The notes under the pieces were generated by a model. The model searched no databases. It had not been told where the DNA came from and worked only from the letters and a program-made list of their open reading frames with translations. Positions 12,301 to 23,809 of a stretch of 43,210 nucleotides of DNA are shown piece by piece. The first letter of the stretch is position 1. Every line of letters begins with the position of its first letter. The position numbers and the translations under genes are program-made. The DNA is from Hydrurus foetidus (taxonomy: Eukaryota). The stretch lies in NCBI GenBank assembly GCA_900617105.1, contig UYFQ01000392.1:1-43210 (forward strand), read 5' to 3'.

Positions 12301-14153
12301 AGAAATGTCCCAGCCCTCAAAGCAGAAATGAATTTCTGATCGGGTGGGAATCCTAAACTTGCTTGCAAACGTCGTGCATCGTCGCTTCTTTGAACTTCGC
12401 GTTTTGTGAAATTGGCTTCGTTTCCTGCCGTTGTTTCTAGCTTAGTAGAGTAAAATAAGTTGCTAGATGGTGTTTTCACCACTGCGGGATGTGCATATCC
12501 ATTTCTGCGCTCTGCGGCGTCAGAGTATCGCGGCTCTGGAGGCGTTGCCAAATCGCTGACATACAGCCCTCCACGGTGTTAAAATTTGTATGTATTCTGA
12601 TCAGTGTGAAGCAGAAATGCATCTTGATCTATTGTAGAACCCTGGCGAAACTCCCAGTTGTGTCCTTGCAACAGGCAATCCGATGCCGAGATGATGGAAA
12701 GTCCAGCTCGCGGATCAAAATGAACAATACCAATGTCTCGAAGAAGTCCTGCTTTAGTTACAGTAAGGGAACCATGCAAGCCTTTGAATACAGTTGGAGT
12801 GCATGTTGCAATGTCAGTCAGAACATCTGCACATGTAATGATGGTTCCAGTAGCTCCTGTGTCGAAGATGGCCTCCGAGGTACTTTGTTGGTTGATGTGT
12901 TGGTTTACGGAAAAATCAGTCCGAGGACCGAGGGTTGCGACTTCCACCGGTGGGGTGGTGGTGAGGCACACACTACAGTGCCTGTCGCCATACTGATTCT
13001 CGTTAACCTCTTGGTCCCACATTTGGCCAAAAGCTGTATACCGATTGTCGTCGTCGTTGGTGTCATCTTCGTCGGTTTGTCCAATGACCGAGTATGAAGT
13101 TTTTGGTGCTGAATCGGCCTCATCCGCAGCCTTCTTTCTGCACTCACTAGCACGGTGACCGACTTTCTTGCAATATTAGCAGGTTCCACTGAACTTGCCT
13201 TCCTTTGCTTCCTTAGCAAATTTCACTTTCGGCTCCTTAATCTTGTCAGCATCGATCTTTTTGGCCTTGTCTTTGGCAGGTGATTTTTCTCCCTTTGGGG
13301 GACCACCCTGTTTGCCGGGATTCTTCGCCGCCAGTGCCGTGTGGGGAGTCGCTATCGCTGATTGCAATGCGCTACCCTTCGCCCCTCGATGGAATCGGGT
13401 TGCTCCATTGATGGCCTCCACCAAAGTCTTCGGATAGATGTCGATAGCGGTGCACTCGAGGGAGTTGCTGAGGTAGTTTTTGTAGTCGTGGTAGACCTGC
13501 ACGGTGCTACTTAGACCGTCAATTAACCTCATGGCTTGTTGTTTTGCATCTGGAATTTGTGCTGTTGGTACTCCTGTCGCAGCAAGTCGGTCGAAAAGCT
13601 TGACTGCGCGCCGTCCGTACGTTACGATCTCTTCGCCCGTACTCATAGTGAGTGTATACCAGTCCCGTAGGGCCTGGGACCGCTCCAATTCCTGATTTCC
13701 GTCACATCTGGATGTGACTACTGACTTGATTACTGCAAGCAGTTCGAGTGGATCATCGAATTTGACAGCGGCGAATTTGGCATTCACTATCAAAATCGCG
13801 TTTAGCGATGGTGAACACATCGATCGGATCAGTCGATATGCCGATCGTCGGTCCTCCATTTGCTTCTTTTTCATCTTTGTCACGACTGCTCTCTCACTAT
13901 TCAAGTCTGCCATCATTAGCTTTGCTCGAAATCCCTTTGGGTCAGTAGTGTCGTCCAGAGCCTCGAGTTTTGCATAGTTGGGTTCTGCGAATTCGTAAAC
14001 CTCATACGCAGGTTTTATCGCCAACATCATGGGGTCAGGACAGATTGACTCGAGGTCTTGAAAGTTGACTCGCATGTACTCTTTCAGAATCTACATGTTG
14101 TCGTCCCATTCTTTCCAGACATTGTGGGCTATCTCAGGAAGATTCTCTGGCTT
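9327..14153 (-). pseudogene. gag-pol: Copia C copy 1 gag-pol, disrupted
   Basis: ORFs 13176-14075, 12579-13022, 11637-12551, 9617-11707 and 9327-9722; IFDTGA (PR), CDVMF/SDNE/IIERM (INT DDE), VYVDD (RT), SSTESE (RH). Two premature TAA and two frameshifts relative to copy 2. Confidence 0.92.
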
Positions 14154-14369
14154 TGTGACCCGCACAGCTGTACAGCTGTACGGGTACCGGCGTACGTTCG
14201 GTTCAGATCGAGGACGATCCGAGCCATCCGATTCATGACTTGCCTATCTCTGTGTTTATCTGTAAGCTAACCACATCTTTAGCCAATAGCACCAGCACAA
14301 CAGCTGCCTTCCTCTTGCCCTCGCGTCCTGTCCCATCAGACCCACCGCAGAGCACATAGTTAGGCCACA
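14154..14369 (+). repeat. Gypsy D 5' LTR, copy 1 (216 bp)
   Basis: TGTGA...CCACA; matches 29726-29941 and 36939-37154; preceded by the TSD GCTT. Confidence 0.93.
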
Positions 14370-14918
14370 ATACTAGTTTTTGGACCAACTTGGTGCTCTT
14401 TTTAGAGACCAGTTCCAAAACGCGACCCAAAAACATCGCCACGACCCGTAAAACGGCGTGCAAACAAGCTAGTAACTTGGAAACAAGTGAAAACAACGTC
14501 GAAAGACACTACAAAGGCTACGTCTAATCGACAGCCTCTGAAACGCTTTAGTTAAAAAGCTCGAGTCGTCGATATTTTCGCGACAAAATCGTGACGGCTT
14601 CAAAACTCGAAGCCTAACGAAGCAAGTGGCTCTGAATCGAGCAAAAGCAAGTCCCATCGTTATAGAAACGAAAGCTGGCCCAAACGCCCGCAGTTTAGTT
14701 CCTTGAGAGGTTCAAACCGCCAGGCAACTTTTCGAGCGATATCCGACGAAATCGCGCGAAAGTAAACCAAGAAATACTCCCCAGTTGCTAGGATCCTCTG
14801 ATCCCACGCAATCATAGCTGCGGGACCACATCCTCAGCTCCATAGAGCGCCGCGTCCGAGTTCCGTCGCTGTCCAAGACCCCAAGATCCAGACGTTTCAA
14901 GCTCAAGACAAAAGTCCG

Positions 14919-17147
14919 ATGACAAGGGCCCAAATAAAGAAGAAAGCGGCTGCTAACGCAGCCGCCTCTGCTTCTTCAGCTCCAAGCGCTTCGCGCAGTG
15001 CTCCTCTCACTGAGAAGGAAAAGCACAAAGCGGAGCAGGCCCTTGTAAAGCAAAACATCGAGAAATCGATACAGGCTCTGGCCAAAGAAGCAATACATGT
15101 TTCGGCTACCCCAACTCGTCTTGAGGACGAACAAATTTTCTTCCAAAGCGTCATAGCAGCAACAAAAGAAATGCAAGCAGCTCACCAACTAGAGCTAGCA
15201 CAAATAGCTGCTGCACAAGCTGCCGCTGACGCTTTAGAACCCTCAAACGACGAGCTCCTCGGGTTGGCACCCGAGGAAGCCGAGGAAGCCGAGGGCAAGA
15301 CAGACTCTCCTCTCGATACCCGCGGGTACTTAAAAAGAGGGGGAGACAACTCGATACTCCCTCCGCGATTGAACCATCAGTCGACGGTAAAATCAAAACA
15401 AAACAGGCATCCGACACCGGCAAGGCTGACGCCGACGCCGAGTCAGAGCCGGAGGCTGACGCCGACGGTGATGACAATGCCAACAACAACGACGACGACA
15501 AACCCCCCGACGAGTCCGACGACGACAACGACAGTAACGTCGACGACGTTAACGACACGGGAGGCGATGGCGGCAACCCCGACAGCTCCTCCGACGAGTC
15601 CGACGCAAGTAGTGGCGACGGGGACGACGGAGAGGGTAACGTGGAAGATGACGGGGACGACAACAGCGACGACGATGAGGCGAAAGCTGAAGTCGAAGTC
15701 GAAGACGACGAGGAGGTCGAACCCGGAAAGTCTAAGCCCAAGGTCAAGAAGTCCCTTAAGATAAAACCCCTCGCCAAGAAAAAGTCCCCAAAGGCGGGTC
15801 CCAAACCCGCCCCAAAGGACAAAAAGGTGAAAACCAAAACCGATGCCAAATCCGGTAAAACACACCGCGCGCAAAAGGCGGAAAACTCGGAAGAGGATTC
15901 CCCTCCGCAACGCAAAGCGGGTTTGCAAACCTCCATCATCAACATGAAGGAGGCGTACTACCTCACTCGAGAAAAACTCCTCGATGACGCTGATAAAGCA
16001 GCAAGAGCGTTTTACGAACAAGCATACCGCCCTGGTATGTTAACCAGTTGGGAGATGCTAATCGAAATGGATGCCATCCAAACGATCCGCGACCAGTTGC
16101 TTTGATGCAAAAGCGAGACAAGTTACAACACCAAGACTTGTCTCGCCTGGCCAACGGTCGAAGGCAAAACGTTAACGCTAAAGAACATTGCAAATGATCT
16201 TAAAAAGATCTTTTACAAAAACAAGCGTACATCTTCCCATTACGACTTCGAAATGAAGTTAAAAAATTGCAAATTTCGCATCAGCTGGAAAGATCCTTCC
16301 GTTGAAGACAGAGCTCTCTCTGAGTTCCGTGACATCCTACTCGGATTCTGGACGTCATACGACAATATCGATGCCGACATGCAAAATGATATCTGTAAGG
16401 CCTTCTACAAGAAGCTGCCAAAGAACAACAAGTTCACAGACAATTTCATGGCAAAGACAAAACGTAAGACGAAAAAGACCGGGAAAGATACCATCTTCAA
16501 AATGCTCACGCGTCTTGTCGTCATGCTGGGCGAAGCACGCCAGATGATCAAAGACGCGGAGGACATGGGAGGTCTCGACTTCGTCTTCGAGTCAAAGCTC
16601 ACACCAACTGACCAAGACGACGCTGAGGTCGCACCTCACCGTGACAGCCACTCGGCTAACGCCTACAAGGCAATCCCAAAACGTCAGGTGGACCCTGAGT
16701 CGTCCGGCCTCAGCCGGGCGACCAACTTCTGTCACACCTGTGGCAAAAAGGGACACAACCGTTATGAATGCCAAAACCACATGAACCCTCACTGCAACCG
16801 TAGTCATCGCACTTGGTCGCAGTCTGAGGAGGCAAAGGACTTCAAACGGATTGGTCACGAAAACTTCGTACCCAATGTGTACATCAACGGGGAACTTACC
16901 CGGGACACCAACAATCCCGGGGCAGCCACCTACGTGTATCCATCTGACGACGTTGAGAACAACTTCTCTCCGCCAGGGAGAGCCCAAGACGACCGTCCGA
17001 CAAAGAAACAAAAGCTGGCCACCAACAACAACAACAAGTACAACAAGTACAAGAGCAATCCCACTCAACCGGATAGGGACAACGATCGTTCCAACACGAA
17101 CAAGTTGAGCTCCAACTACAAGGGAAAAAGTAAGTCAAAACTTGCTA
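14919..17147 (+). pseudogene. gag: Gypsy D copy 1 gag, disrupted
   Basis: ORFs 14919-15764, 15641-16105 and 16253-17152; CCHC knuckle CHTCGKKGHNRYEC; CGA>TGA at 16103-16105 versus copy 2. Confidence 0.85.
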
Positions 17148-17842
17148 CGTGAGATATTGAAGTCGCCGAGAAGGGAATTGGAAAGTTGGATTTCCGTCAT
17201 CCCCACTCAAAGCAAAAAAAACATATGGGAGGAGACGGTAGTCAAAGTTAAGTTCTTGGTCCCCCACGGTGTTTTGGGACGCCCCCTTCACCTCGACGAA
17301 ACGGTTGCAGTGCGTCTCACTACACAATTACAGAACACAATCAATTTTCCACTTACGGAGCTTTTGAGCCCTATTTCTGAATCCGGAAGACAAGATTTAC
17401 CTCAGTCGTGCATTGGAAGCAGCATTCAAAATCAGCAGCATTTTTTCCCCGCTGCCCCGGAATTTCAATTTTTTCATGATCGATATTTTGACCTTCCAGA
17501 TACTGCTGTTGCTGGGGATTTTGATTCATATGATGTTATGTAGGTTATGAGGTGCTATTTCATCAAAAAGCCCCACCAGAGCGTCGCAGGCTGATGCTGA
17601 AATATGCATTTGGAAGCGCTTGAAACGGCCAATTTTTGCGAACCTGGATTCACTGAAGACACCAGACTCTTCTTGATATTGGCCAAGTAAACCTTGCCAA
17701 GAACAATGGCTGATTCAGATTTGCTTTTTATTGACTTCTATTGTGCTTGCGCTGCAGTAGTATCGAGCGAATTTTAGACTTTTGACGTTTTCAGTGACAA
17801 GATGATTTCCGTAAAACATTAATGTCAGAACACCGTAGGGGA
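17148..17842. other. Unclassified single-copy sequence: the pre-insertion flank of copia B copy 2
   Basis: No match elsewhere in the window; ends in the TSD GGGGA (17838-17842) and continues at 24159 after B. Confidence 0.6.
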
Positions 17843-18186
17843 TCTAGTAATATCAGTATTATGTAGACTAGATATTCCGTATGCGAATTGTGATGCTATT
17901 ATCTGTATTTCATATTTGAACCACACGTACGGTGTTGCACCAGAGCAGTACCGTACTACATACGATTGAACTAGATTAGCTACCTACTCTTTGAAACAAC
18001 TACCAACCGAACTCGATAACTACTGCGTTGCAGCAGTGCTAATTAACCCAATCTCGTAGCCGATACCAACTCTTCTCTTGCAAACGAATTGCGACGAGTA
18101 AAGAGCCCTCGGAGAGAGCAGTGGGGAGCTTGTGATCAGCCGTACTGGCACATATGTATGCCCTTGTGAGACCACTAATCACAACA
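17843..18186 (+). repeat. Copia B 5' LTR (344 bp; starts TC instead of TG)
   Basis: Matches 23810-24153; boundaries fixed by the TSD and LTR-LTR alignment. Confidence 0.95.
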
Positions 18187-18197
18187 TAATTAGCACT
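18187..18197 (+). promoter_or_regulatory. Copia B non-tRNA primer-binding site TAATTAGCACT, complementary to LTR 18035-18045 (putative self-primer)
   Basis: Abuts the LTR end; exact reverse complement of AGTGCTAATTA at 18035-18045. Confidence 0.8.
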
Positions 18198-18225
18198 TCA
18201 TAGATTGCAACAAGAAGCTGCAACT

Positions 18226-19461
18226 ATGAAAGGGCGTGGAAACCCTCCACCACAAGGACGTGGTAAAGGAGGAGGATGTTTTGGTAATCGTGGCAGAGGA
18301 GCTGGCGCTAACAACCATCTTAGGGGAAACATTCCGACTATCGGAACTTACTTAGATTTACAACCGGGAAAGGACATTGTCCCTGGTACTGTAACTAAGT
18401 TTATGGGAAAAATGAAAGAGCACGCGATGACAACTTTGAAGTCCAAAGTTAGCCTTATATTCGGTGTAGACGGCACACTTGGAGACTACCCAGTGTTAGC
18501 CATACCACTACCACCTGGGGAAGGAGCAACTCAGGATGAGACGGACATCTGGAAGTTAGAGCGAGTTGAATATATCAAAGCTCGAACAAAATTGGAGGAG
18601 GACAAGCAGAACCTATACGGTGCAATGATCGGGCAGATGTCTGAGAATTCCAAGATCAGAGTGAAGGAAGTTACCGTAGGAGTTCAAGCCGATTCCGAGC
18701 CGGACCCTCGGAAACTAATGCAAGCCATCCTTGCAACTCATGTCGGAGATTCGACTCTTGGAGCAGAGCATCAAATGCACAACATCCAACAACGATACGA
18801 CCATCTAGTGATGCTACCTCACGAGCATCTGAGTACGTACCTGACCAACACCAAGTCGGCACTCACCGCTATCCAACAAGCGTTTGAGGCGGCTGGCAGG
18901 ACGGAAATAGATGAGCTATATCCTGAGGGCAGAATGGCAGTGAGGTTTATTCTGGGACTGAATAATTACTATTCAGAATCCAAAAATTTCTATATCAACA
19001 ACCTGAAGGTGTGGCCAAACACCCTCGAGGAATCTTACAACGAGGCGTCGAAACTCAAACCGACGAAGGTTTTGAATAACTCACCAGCTGCTATGGAACG
19101 CGCCAACGCTTTCGCAATGACTGGGAGAGGCGGCAAAAGTGGCAGAGGAGGATACCCCGGAGGACATAACGGGAAGAGCGCACCTGGCGCTAAGTGGGTG
19201 AAGGACGGAGCCGATTCACCCGACAGCATGAGCAGCGAGAGAGGATCTCCTGCAGCTTCAGCAGCAGTTTATACTGCATCAGCCACTCCACCTAAGGGAT
19301 ACAAGCGGGGACCTTGTAACAACTGTGGGAAGTTTGGACACCTGGCATATGAATGCAGAGGAAACGCCGCAGACACCGTAGCACAGTACTGGAATGAGGA
19401 AGGCGCGAGGAGCCCAGGAAGAAAATCAAATACAGCACCCGGCAAAGGAAAGGGAAAGTAA
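18226..19461 (+). CDS. gag: Copia B Gag with RGG-rich ends and CCHC zinc knuckle
   Basis: First ATG at 18226, 40 nt after the LTR; CNNCGKFGHLAYEC; ends TAA 19459-19461. Confidence 0.88.
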   Translation: MKGRGNPPPQGRGKGGGCFGNRGRGAGANNHLRGNIPTIGTYLDLQPGKDIVPGTVTKFMGKMKEHAMTTLKSKVSLIFGVDGTLGDYPVLAIPLPPGEGATQDETDIWKLERVEYIKARTKLEEDKQNLYGAMIGQMSENSKIRVKEVTVGVQADSEPDPRKLMQAILATHVGDSTLGAEHQMHNIQQRYDHLVMLPHEHLSTYLTNTKSALTAIQQAFEAAGRTEIDELYPEGRMAVRFILGLNNYYSESKNFYINNLKVWPNTLEESYNEASKLKPTKVLNNSPAAMERANAFAMTGRGGKSGRGGYPGGHNGKSAPGAKWVKDGADSPDSMSSERGSPAASAAVYTASATPPKGYKRGPCNNCGKFGHLAYECRGNAADTVAQYWNEEGARSPGRKSNTAPGKGKGK

Positions 19462-22400
19462 GTCTTTTACGTGATTGTTTACATGATGACATAGATAGCG
19501 ATGTGAATAATAATGTGACTAGTGTTGTAGACAAAAATGTTAAACACGTACGCATATCTAATATTGTACAAATAAAATTTATAGATGACCAAGAATCCGT
19601 GATGGACCCCATAGCAGTAGATAGTAATGTATTTAGCATAGACATCACAGACAAACCTGATGCGTTTGGTGATGATCAATTGCTGCTTGATACATGCGCG
19701 GGCGAGTCTGTATTTAGAACTAGTACACTGTTCTATGACATTGTGCACGCCCCTACACCCATGGTAGTTAATGGAGTAAATAGTAGAGGAGAGCCAATGG
19801 TGATCACAGAGCGCGGAATGACGGACTTCGGACTAGTATACTATGACCCTAATTGAATAGCAAACATTCTATCCTTTGCAAATATGGTAAATAACTGTGA
19901 CTCGGTGAAATATATAAGTAAAGGAGATTTTTACAGTTTGCAAATTATAAAAGGAGGATGCTGTTATTACTTCAATAGGGATGTTAAAAGTAACATTTAC
20001 ATATGCGATTTGAATACAATGGTAAGTAAACCCAAACTTATGTTAGTTACGACTGTTAATGACAAGATGAAAAAGTACACAGTTAGGCATGTAAAACAGG
20101 CTGAGTTAGCTAGAGAGTATCAGAGTAAATTAGGTTACGTTAGTCCAGGTCAGTTAGTTAAGCTAATTGGACAAGGTAAACTAATTAATAGCAACATTAC
20201 AACACAAGACGTAGTTAGGTCTTTAGATATCTGGGGTCCTGACTTGGGCTCCCTAAAGGGCAAAACGCCAAGCCATCAGGCACAGGTGGAAGAAGAGCAG
20301 CCGTTGTTAGATAACATTCAAGATTTAAACCAGATAATGTACATAGACATAATGTTTGTAAACGGCAATCCATTTTTAATTGCTGTAGTAAAGCCATTAG
20401 AATATGTTATGGTGAATAAGTTAAATAATAGAGCCAACCTTACACTGTGGACTAGCCTAGAGAGTGACATTAGACATGTTACTAAGTATGGATTCAGACT
20501 AGACCTAGTTAGAGTTGATGGCGAAGGTGCGATCAATTCAGTATGGTTTGAAACCAAGCTAGCTAGTATAGGTACTGCATTAGATACGACAGGTGCAGGA
20601 GAGGCAGTCACAGTAGTTGAGCGTAAGATAAGGCAGATTAAAGAGAGAGTCAGAGCAGTTATTAACACATTACCTTTTAAGTTAACCGAAAAACTAGAAG
20701 GATGGTTAGTTAGATATGCTGTTAACCGTATAGTGTTGGTTCCGACTAGGAACACTGTTGACTATGTTAGCCCTAGGGAAAAACTATACGGTAGAAAAAT
20801 TAACGTAGATAAAGAACTGAAACATGGTTTTGGTGACTACGTTCAAGTACATTCTGATAACATTGATAACAGTAACAAAGCCAGAACTTCAGGTGCTATC
20901 GCTCTGATGAGTGCAGGCAACCTTGAGGGATCTTGGTATTACATGTTACTCAATAACGAACAGATAGTTAAACGTACAAAAGCCACATCATTACCCATGC
21001 CTGATGAAGTTATTTCTTACATTAATGGATTATCTGAAAAGAGAAACATTAACAAAAGTAATAATGCTAGTCAACCTATATTTGAACAGAATAAGCGTGT
21101 AATAGTTGATGATGGACTTGACTATGATGATGAAAATATATATAACAAAAATATGCGTAGATTCAGCCATGCAGTGACACCTAATACAGATGAAATGTAT
21201 AATGATTCATATGTCGATGAAATGAACGTACAGCATGATGCACCCGTTCCATACACAATGAACGACATAAACAATATTGATAACATACCCGATGTATCTG
21301 ACATGAATGATATGAGTGACATGAATAATCAAGATGATTATGACTACACACAGCTTAAAACTGATGACGTGAATATTGAAACAGTTGAGTATGACGATAC
21401 TTTGACTGAATATCATACACCTAATGTTGATGATGTGCACAATAAACATGAAGTACTTACACCATATCAACTATCCGATGTTACTGATGATACGTACGCT
21501 GTTGATGATGTACTTACTGATGCACTGCCTGAGATAGAACAGCCTGCTTTGAGACGTAGCGCTAGAAATCATCAACCAGGCAGATGGGTTCCTAGGAGAG
21601 GAAATTACACTATAAGATGTAGTGCTATGAATCATGTACCATCCACCAATTTTTCATATGCTTTCAACATGACCGTTAAAGATGGCATTGATAAGTTAGG
21701 CAATATTGCTGTAGATTCCATTAGAAAAGAAATGCAACAGATGTGTGAAAAAGATGTTTGGGAGGGAGTGTTGATCAGCTCTCTTAGCCAGACTCAAAGA
21801 AGTAACATCATAACTAGTAGCATGTTCTTAAAGGATAAGTATACGGCGGACGGTAATTTTGACAAGCTTAAGTCTAGATTAGTAGCAGGAGGCCACTTAC
21901 AAGACAGAGATATATATGACAATGGATCTTCACCAACTGTCAGTACTACTAGTGTGTTTATTGTTGCCTCAATTGCTGCCCATGAACGTAGATCGATTGC
22001 TACTATTGATTTTCCTGGTGCATTTTTGAATAGCGACATGCCTTTAGAGGGCACTCACACTGTGTATATGCGACTGAATAAATATTTAACTGGAGTGTTG
22101 ACATCAATTGATAAATCATATATTAAATATGTTAATGATAAAGGCACATGCATTGTTAAACTGAAAAAAGCTTTGTATGGGTGTGTAGAATCTGCTAAAT
22201 TATGGTATGATAAAATCTCACATGACTTATCATTACTAGGGTATACCGTTAACCCTTATGACATATGTGTATTTAACAGAACTGAATCAAATAATAAACA
22301 AACCACACTAATAATTCACGTTGATGACATGATGATCACATGTTTTGATGAAAAACATGTTGATTATGTTATTGACGAAATTGAAAAACTATACCCTGGT

Positions 22401-23280
22401 CTAACAAAACATCGAGGAAAAGTACTTAATTACATAGGTATGACGTTTAATTTTGGGATGGCGGGAAAGATTATTATAACCATGGAAGGATTCATCAAGG
22501 AGCTGCTAGAAGACTGTAAAGGAATTATAGGGGTGTCACCGACACCGGCTAAGACGGATTTATTTTCGGTTTCACCCGAAACTTCTAACCCATTGTTAAC
22601 CACTTCTGCGCGTGAATATTTTCACTCCATAACAGCCAAGTTGCTTTATCTCAGCAAAAGATCGAGGCCGGATATTCTAACGCCGGTAGCCTTCTTAACT
22701 AAGAGAGTAACCAAGCCCCAGACGGATGATATGAAAAAACTGGAACGTACCGTACAGTACATACGTGGTACTCGAGACTTAGGCCTCACCCTTACAATTG
22801 GCGATCCAATGACTGTCATCAGCTACATTGATGCATCATATGGGGTCCATCAAGACATGAAGAGCCACACCGAAAGCACCATCACCCTTGGCAAAGGATC
22901 CATCTATGCAAAAAGCTCCACTCAAAGACTTACCACCAAGTCGAGTACGGAGGCAGAGTTAGTGGGACTTAGCGATTCTGCGAATCAAGTACTATGGACC
23001 AGATACTTCATCATAGCTCAAGGATACACCAACAGACCAGCCATCATATTTCAAGACAATAAATCAACTATCCAACTGGGAGAAAACCAACGGGAGATCG
23101 AACAGCGAACGGACAAGACATATCGATATCCGGTACTTTTTTCTCACCGACCGGATAAAAGAAAACGAAATTAATGTGACCTATAAACCCACAAATGAGA
23201 TGTTAGCAGATATGCTGACAAAACCCCTTCAAGGCGAGCAGTTCAGAGCTCTTCGAAACTTACTACTCAACATCACCTGA
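19458..23280 (+). pseudogene. pol: Copia B copy 2 pol (PR-INT-RT-RH) in the -1 frame relative to gag
   Basis: Frame open from 19458 through ORF 19503-19856 (LLDTCAG protease), one in-frame TGA (19854-19856), then ORF 19884-23174 (YIDIMF/VDGEG/VVERK, IHVDD, YIDAS). Frameshift near 23080; natural stop 23278-23280. Confidence 0.92.
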
Positions 23281-23809
23281 GTATTCCACTCTGACATTTT
23301 TCTTCTACCTACGCTTTGCCAAAACCTTTCTACCACTTCGGCCAAAATCAACCCTATGTATTATATGAATCTGTTTTTATGAATCTGCAATTCCAACGAA
23401 CTCCTGCTGCCCTACAACATCAACCTCCAAGACCCGAACACTCAAGATACTTACACTCGAGCCTACACCACACATGGTCGAGATACATTAGCTGAAGACC
23501 CGTCATGACGAAGACTCCAGCACCAACATTCCTACAATAAACTATTACTAACCGCAAACTTTGCCAAACGCCAACTTCCTTCTATAACCGACAATTCCAA
23601 CAGCCAACTATTTCTAGCACCTGTAAATTCCTACCGCAAACTTCTACCAGAGATCGATTTTCAAGACACTGACGTAACATTCCGGAGCCATTGATGAAAC
23701 TTTATTTATGATTAATATTCAATGAAAATGTATGAATTGGTTTAACGCTTTTGAAATAATAATTGAATAAACCTGTTTGAATTGAATACGATAACACATC
23801 ATAGGGGTG

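Larger units (their letters stand above)
8775..14153 (-). mobile_element. Ty1/copia family C, copy 1 (gag from the D insertion site to 3' LTR; 5' end absent)
   Basis: Near-identical to 24353-29725; minus-strand gag-PR-INT-RT-RH. Confidence 0.95.
5017..17147 (+). repeat. ~12.1 kb segmental duplication, copy 1 (copy 2 = 20575-32738)
   Basis: Collinear near-identity across B 3' part, spacer, C and D 5' part, including identical element junctions (CAACA|GGGGA, GGATT|TCTTGG, GCTT|TGTGAC). Confidence 0.95.
14154..17147 (+). mobile_element. Ty3/gypsy family D, copy 1 (5' LTR + gag, truncated at the end of gag)
   Basis: Matches 29726-32738; homology ends abruptly after ...AACTTGCTA at 17147. Confidence 0.93.

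Noticed and set aside
12489..13097. 202-aa plus-strand ORF (also 28061-28669) and similar short ORFs antisense to pol genes
   Set aside because: Antisense to a well-supported gag-pol; presence in both copies reflects the recent duplication only.
15151..16021. Long antisense and alternate-frame ORFs (Ser-, Val- or Thr-rich) over D gag, also 30894-31613
   Set aside because: Shadows of GAC-rich low-complexity codons; no independent evidence.
19854..19856. Alternative genetic code (TGA as a sense codon)
   Set aside because: Other internal TGAs are CGA>TGA changes between duplicate copies (6854, 16103), and B pol ends at TGA at the normal copia position.
21110..21540. D/N-rich quasi-repeats in B as a separate gene or repeat array
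   Set aside because: Ordinary low-complexity integrase-RT linker within the pol frame.
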